From positions 352,001 through 416,000 of the forward strand of contig CAXXWQ010000002.1 of assembly GCA_963674945.2 (NCBI GenBank): 64,000 bases of DNA. The letters are read 5' to 3'. Below the pieces are notes generated by a model, which did no database searches, had not been told where the DNA came from, and worked only from the letters and a program-made list of their open reading frames with translations. The position numbers and the translations under genes were made by a program. Positions 59,716 through 64,000 of this stretch are shown one piece after another. The stretch is from an uncultured Desulfosarcina sp. (GTDB lineage Bacteria > Desulfobacterota > Desulfobacteria > Desulfobacterales > Desulfosarcinaceae). Each line of letters begins with the position of its first letter. Position 1 is the first letter of the stretch.

Positions 59716-60852
59716 ATGGATTATGCTCGCCTTTATAATCTATTACACTTAGGTTTTCTGCGGCCATTATTATTGAACACCTTAGTTTTAATTTTCTTTA
59801 TTCTTAAATTTACTGACTGGAATAGTGTTAAATGTAAACAGATAAAATATCTCTGGCTATTTGTTTTTCTTCTTTCTATCTATATACCATTTGCAATGAA
59901 TAACAGTTTTGCGTATCGGGCATTTAAAACACAAGTCTTGTATATGCCTTTTATTTTGTCAACAATGATTTGTATTAACTCGATACAACGTTTAAGAAAT
60001 TTTATTCTCATTTGTATTTGTATAGAGATTTACATTTCTATATATGCTATAAACCATAATGGATTAGGGCCAGGAAATTATTTTGGTGATGAAAACGATT
60101 TGGCGTTGTATATTAATATGTGGTTACCATTTTGTTTTATTTTATATTTTTCAGATAAAAACAAAATTCATAGAGTTATATATATTGTAGGTTTAGCATC
60201 AGGTCTTATAGCTATTATTGTTTCGTTTTCAAGAGGAGGTTTCGTTGGTTTAATTGCAGTCGCTTTTACATTGTGGTCTTTTTTTAATAAAAAAATATTA
60301 ACTTTAGTATTATTGAGTTCTATACTTTTCCTTATGCTTGTAATTGGTGCTGATAAATATTGGGAAGAAATGTCTACAATAACAAATACAAAAGAAGAAA
60401 CAGCAAATACAAGACTTTTATCTTGGGAGGCAGGTTGGAAAATGTTTCTCGACAATCCATTAGGGGTTGGGGGATATAATTTTCAAGTTCGATTTCCTGA
60501 ATATCAATCAAAAGAATTCACTAGAAATATGTGGGGACGTGCTGCACATTCACTTTGGTTCACCCTCTTTCCAGAACTTGGGATTTTGGGCATCTATATT
60601 TATTTTGTTCTCTTATATTATAACATAAAGGATATTTTATTTATTAAGAAAATAGAAATAGAGGATAGTAATGATGACATGCAATATCTTAATCATCTAT
60701 CTGTTGCATTTCTGGCTTCATTAGCAGGATATTTTGCATCAGGGACCTTTTTATCTGTTCTATACTATGCTCATTATTGGTATATGACTGGTATTATTGT
60801 TGCTGCAAACAAAGTTACAAAAAAATATGTGGATTTAATGCGTTATGAATAA
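59716..60852 (+). CDS. O-antigen ligase/Wzy-family polymerase (true start possibly ATA at 59641)
   Basis: DENDLA, SFSRGG, RLLSW, GVG, AHSLW..ELG. Confidence 0.85.
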   Translation: MDYARLYNLLHLGFLRPLLLNTLVLIFFILKFTDWNSVKCKQIKYLWLFVFLLSIYIPFAMNNSFAYRAFKTQVLYMPFILSTMICINSIQRLRNFILICICIEIYISIYAINHNGLGPGNYFGDENDLALYINMWLPFCFILYFSDKNKIHRVIYIVGLASGLIAIIVSFSRGGFVGLIAVAFTLWSFFNKKILTLVLLSSILFLMLVIGADKYWEEMSTITNTKEETANTRLLSWEAGWKMFLDNPLGVGGYNFQVRFPEYQSKEFTRNMWGRAAHSLWFTLFPELGILGIYIYFVLLYYNIKDILFIKKIEIEDSNDDMQYLNHLSVAFLASLAGYFASGTFLSVLYYAHYWYMTGIIVAANKVTKKYVDLMRYE

Positions 60853-61933
60853 AATAAATTATAGTAAAACAAAAATATCCATTGCGGCCGTGGGTGATAT
60901 TTGTTTAGCAGATCATATACTTTGTACAGGATTTGGCGTGCGTACTAATATTGAAAAACATGGTTATGATTTTTTATTTAGAAACGTTAAAAAATACTTT
61001 ACTAATAATGATATTAATTTTGGTAATTTAGAATGTGTTCTCTCGGATGTTGGTCTTAAAAAAGACGATTATTATAGTAAATTATTTCGTGGAAAGCCTG
61101 AGTATGTAAAAATTCTTAAAAACGCTGGTTTCAATGTAATAAATATTGCTAACAATCATACAATGCAGCATGGACCAGAAGCCTTTAATGATACAATAAA
61201 CATTTTAAAAAAAAATTCTATACATCCTTTGGGGACCAAAGGGACTTTTGGCTATAGTACAGAGCCAGTAATAATACAGAAAGGAAACATTAAATGTGCA
61301 ATGCTTGGTTACTATTTTGGGAGGGATCAGTTCTGTGCTGATCCACTTTATGCTTTGGGAAATTTATCAAAAATTAAAATTGATATTAAAAAGGTAAAGA
61401 AAAAGTCTGACTTGGTTATTTTATCTTGCCACTGGGGTTTAGAATTAATGAACAGGCCATCACCCAATACAATAAAAATAGCCAGAGATTTTATTGATGC
61501 TGGAGCGGATATAATTTTAGGGCATCATTCTCATACCGTGCAGGGTGTTGAAAATTATAAAAACAAACTAATATTTTACAGCTTAGGAAATTTTATTTTC
61601 GACCTTTTATGGGATAAATATTTAAGAAATACCGGCATATTTAAGATTGATATTAATAATAAATTATTTAATTATTGTATTTTCAGATGTTTTGTGAATG
61701 ATTCATGCCAACCTCAACCCATTGGCCCACTAGTTGGTAATTTGTCGAAATATCAAATAATAGAAGATCCAAACGAGAATATTGAATATAATAATTTTGA
61801 GTATTACAAAGAGTTTAATAAAAGAGAGAATAAAAATCAAATTAATAAGGTACTTTTTGTGTTAAAAAACATAAATAAAATCCCAATAAAAGTACTATTT
61901 TTATTATTTAAAAGAAAACTCAAAAATAGATAA
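60845..61933 (+). CDS. CapA/PGA_cap-family protein
   Basis: GDI, GNLE, IANNH, CHWG, GHHSH, YSLGNF. Confidence 0.88.
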   Translation: MNKINYSKTKISIAAVGDICLADHILCTGFGVRTNIEKHGYDFLFRNVKKYFTNNDINFGNLECVLSDVGLKKDDYYSKLFRGKPEYVKILKNAGFNVINIANNHTMQHGPEAFNDTINILKKNSIHPLGTKGTFGYSTEPVIIQKGNIKCAMLGYYFGRDQFCADPLYALGNLSKIKIDIKKVKKKSDLVILSCHWGLELMNRPSPNTIKIARDFIDAGADIILGHHSHTVQGVENYKNKLIFYSLGNFIFDLLWDKYLRNTGIFKIDINNKLFNYCIFRCFVNDSCQPQPIGPLVGNLSKYQIIEDPNENIEYNNFEYYKEFNKRENKNQINKVLFVLKNINKIPIKVLFLLFKRKLKNR

Positions 61934-61935
61934 TA

Positions 61936-63039
61936 ATGAATAAAATAAGAGTATTACATATTATTCATTGGCCCAAAAGTGGTATAGTTAATCTTGTTTA
62001 TAATCAAATTGCTTGTAGTACGAACACTAATATTGAATATAAAGTTGGATTTTTTATAAAAGATACTGCAACAACAACAAAATTTAAAAATCTTGGTGTA
62101 GAAGTAACGAATTATGAATATAATCCATTGAAATTATTAATAACATTATTTAATATACATAAGGATATAAAAAAAAATAAGCCTAACATAATACATACGC
62201 ATTCCTTTTTACCAGGAATTTTTGTTAGGATGCTTTCAGTTTTCTTTTCAAACTCTAAACTAATTTCTACTATTCATAATAGTTATCCATACTTTGAAAA
62301 AAAAACGTTGAGAGATAAAATAAAAGCTAATCTTGAAATTACTTCGTTAAATCAAAAAAATTCATTGGTTATAGTGGTATCCAATTATGTAAAAAAATTT
62401 ATAATTGAGAATACAAATATTGCACCATCGTTAATTCAAGTCGTTTATCCTGGAATTGCGATAGAAAACAATAATATTTCCTCTCAGCAAAATGAGTTGG
62501 GTACAAAAAATGTTATTATTGTTGGCAGGTTAGACAAACAAAAAAGGCACGATAGACTATTATATATATGGAAGAAAGTATTAAATGAAATTCCAGACGC
62601 TCAGTTGCTCATTGTCGGTGATGGTTCTGAAAAAGAAATGCTAAAAAAAATCACAAAGGCTTTGGATATTGAAAATAATGTAAAGTATTATGGGTTTAGA
62701 ACCGATATATCAAATCTTTTAAGAAGTTCAAATGTTTTTGTTCTTACTTCTGATCATGAGGGTTTGCCTTTAGTCATCATAGAATCATTTTTACAAAAAA
62801 TACCGGTTATTGCTTTTGATATCGGACCGATGAAAGAGATAATTGATAGTAAATGTGGAATCCTTGTTAAAGCATTTGATTTAGATGATTTTGCACAAAA
62901 AATTGCTTTTTTGTTAAAGACTCCAAAATTATCAATGAATTTAGGAAATAATGGTTTTAAAAAAGCAGTTACTAATTTTAATATAGAACGAATGGTTGAA
63001 ATAATTGAATATATTTATTTTTATACGGACCCTATGTAA
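61936..63039 (+). CDS. GT4 glycosyltransferase
   Basis: HTHS, VGRLDKQK, TSDHEGLPLVIIES. Confidence 0.9.
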   Translation: MNKIRVLHIIHWPKSGIVNLVYNQIACSTNTNIEYKVGFFIKDTATTTKFKNLGVEVTNYEYNPLKLLITLFNIHKDIKKNKPNIIHTHSFLPGIFVRMLSVFFSNSKLISTIHNSYPYFEKKTLRDKIKANLEITSLNQKNSLVIVVSNYVKKFIIENTNIAPSLIQVVYPGIAIENNNISSQQNELGTKNVIIVGRLDKQKRHDRLLYIWKKVLNEIPDAQLLIVGDGSEKEMLKKITKALDIENNVKYYGFRTDISNLLRSSNVFVLTSDHEGLPLVIIESFLQKIPVIAFDIGPMKEIIDSKCGILVKAFDLDDFAQKIAFLLKTPKLSMNLGNNGFKKAVTNFNIERMVEIIEYIYFYTDPM

Positions 63040-63064
63040 AATACTTTTTGAATAAACTAATAAT

Positions 63065-64000
63065 ATGTGCAACGAAATTCCTAAGGTTTCAATAATTATA
63101 CCTGCAAAAAATGAAGAACAAAGACTTCCTTCATGCTTAAATTCGATAAAACAATTAGATTACAATCATGAATTAATTGAGATAATTGTTGTTGATAATG
63201 GGTCAACCGACAACACAATCGAAATTGCACAAAAATTTAAATGCCGAATTTTTGTAGAACCAAATATTCATATTTCAAAAATGAGAAATATTGGGGCAAC
63301 GCACTCAAAAGGTAAAATTATTTGTTTCGTAGATGCTGATATTATTGTTTCCAAACTTTGGTTAAAATCAGCAATAAAATATTTTGATGATCCATCGAAC
63401 GGTTGTTTAACTGGAATGATAAATATTCCACCAAAACCAACATGGGTTGAAGAAATATGGGCTATGAACAGAAAAATAAGTAAAGATGTTTTTACAGTGC
63501 GTTGGGCTTCATCTATGAATATGATTATGCCTCGGGATGTTTTCATGCAAGTCGGTGGTTTTTCTGTAGCCCTTACCACTGGAGAAGATGTTGAGTTATG
63601 TAGTAAAATTTGTGCACAAGGATTAAATATACTTTTTGATAAAAAGATAAGTGTTACTCACATTGGAGAGGCTAAAACTATAAAGCAGTTTATTAAAAAG
63701 GAACGATGGAGGGGGTATAGTGATATTGATTTACTCATATCAGAAAGTTTTAAATTAAATAATTTGCGACATGGAACTCAGCCCTTTTTTTTCCTTTTGT
63801 CTTTCTTATTATTATTCTGCGCATTTATTTTGCATTCATTATTTCTATTTGTTGTCTCAATATGTGCAATACTATCACTACCCTTAATAAGAACTGCTAT
63901 AATTATAAAAAAACATAAAAAAATAAAAAAATTACATTTGATATTTTTTATATGGTTTGTCTACTATTTTGCTAGAAGTATTTCTATTTTTGATAATTTT
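63065..64000 (+). CDS. GT2 glycosyltransferase, truncated by the window end
   Basis: Translated by eye (not in the ORF track): MCNEIPKVSIIIPAKNEE..IVVDNGSTD..RNIGA..FVDAD..GEDVEL. Confidence 0.85.
   Translation, partial: MCNEIPKVSIIIPAKNEEQRLPSCLNSIKQLDYNHELIEIIVVDNGSTDNTIEIAQKFKCRIFVEPNIHISKMRNIGATHSKGKIICFVDADIIVSKLWLKSAIKYFDDPSNGCLTGMINIPPKPTWVEEIWAMNRKISKDVFTVRWASSMNMIMPRDVFMQVGGFSVALTTGEDVELCSKICAQGLNILFDKKISVTHIGEAKTIKQFIKKERWRGYSDIDLLISESFKLNNLRHGTQPFFFLLSFLLLFCAFILHSLFLFVVSICAILSLPLIRTAIIIKKHKKIKKLHLIFFIWFVYYFARSISIFDNF

Noticed and set aside
1..64000. rRNA or tRNA genes
   Set aside because: None recognised; the IVP-family genes here are not inside 23S rRNA.

Overview
A 64-kb exopolysaccharide/cell-surface locus of the PEP-CTERM/exosortase type. 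Gene content and IS types suggest a sulfate-reducing Desulfobacterota (deltaproteobacterial) genome; this is an inference. The GC-rich first ~30 kb holds AsnB- and NadE-like amidotransferases, an ACP and AMP-ligase, Wzz/Wzc/Wza-type export genes, two priming sugar transferases, a deacetylase and a nucleotide-sugar dehydrogenase. The AT-rich second half holds exosortase+EpsI, glycosyl-, acetyl- and sulfotransferases, a radical SAM enzyme, CapA, an ATP-grasp enzyme, a flippase and a polymerase/ligase. Five IS elements (IS1380, IS5, IS66, IS1595, IS1634) plus one remnant and three type II toxin-antitoxin pairs are interspersed. Two observations stand out. (1) Three four-helix-bundle (23S-IVP/Avd-like) genes and a GxxExxY nuclease-fold gene are each enclosed by their own family of inverted short-period tandem repeats. 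The same repeat families recur as empty, nested hairpin elements that start at stop codons throughout the operon. (2) An M28 peptidase-like lipoprotein has an in-frame TGA at a position that is Cys in a known homolog, followed by a SECIS-like hairpin with a GGUC loop, making it a candidate selenoprotein. All assignments are by eye; no searches were run.
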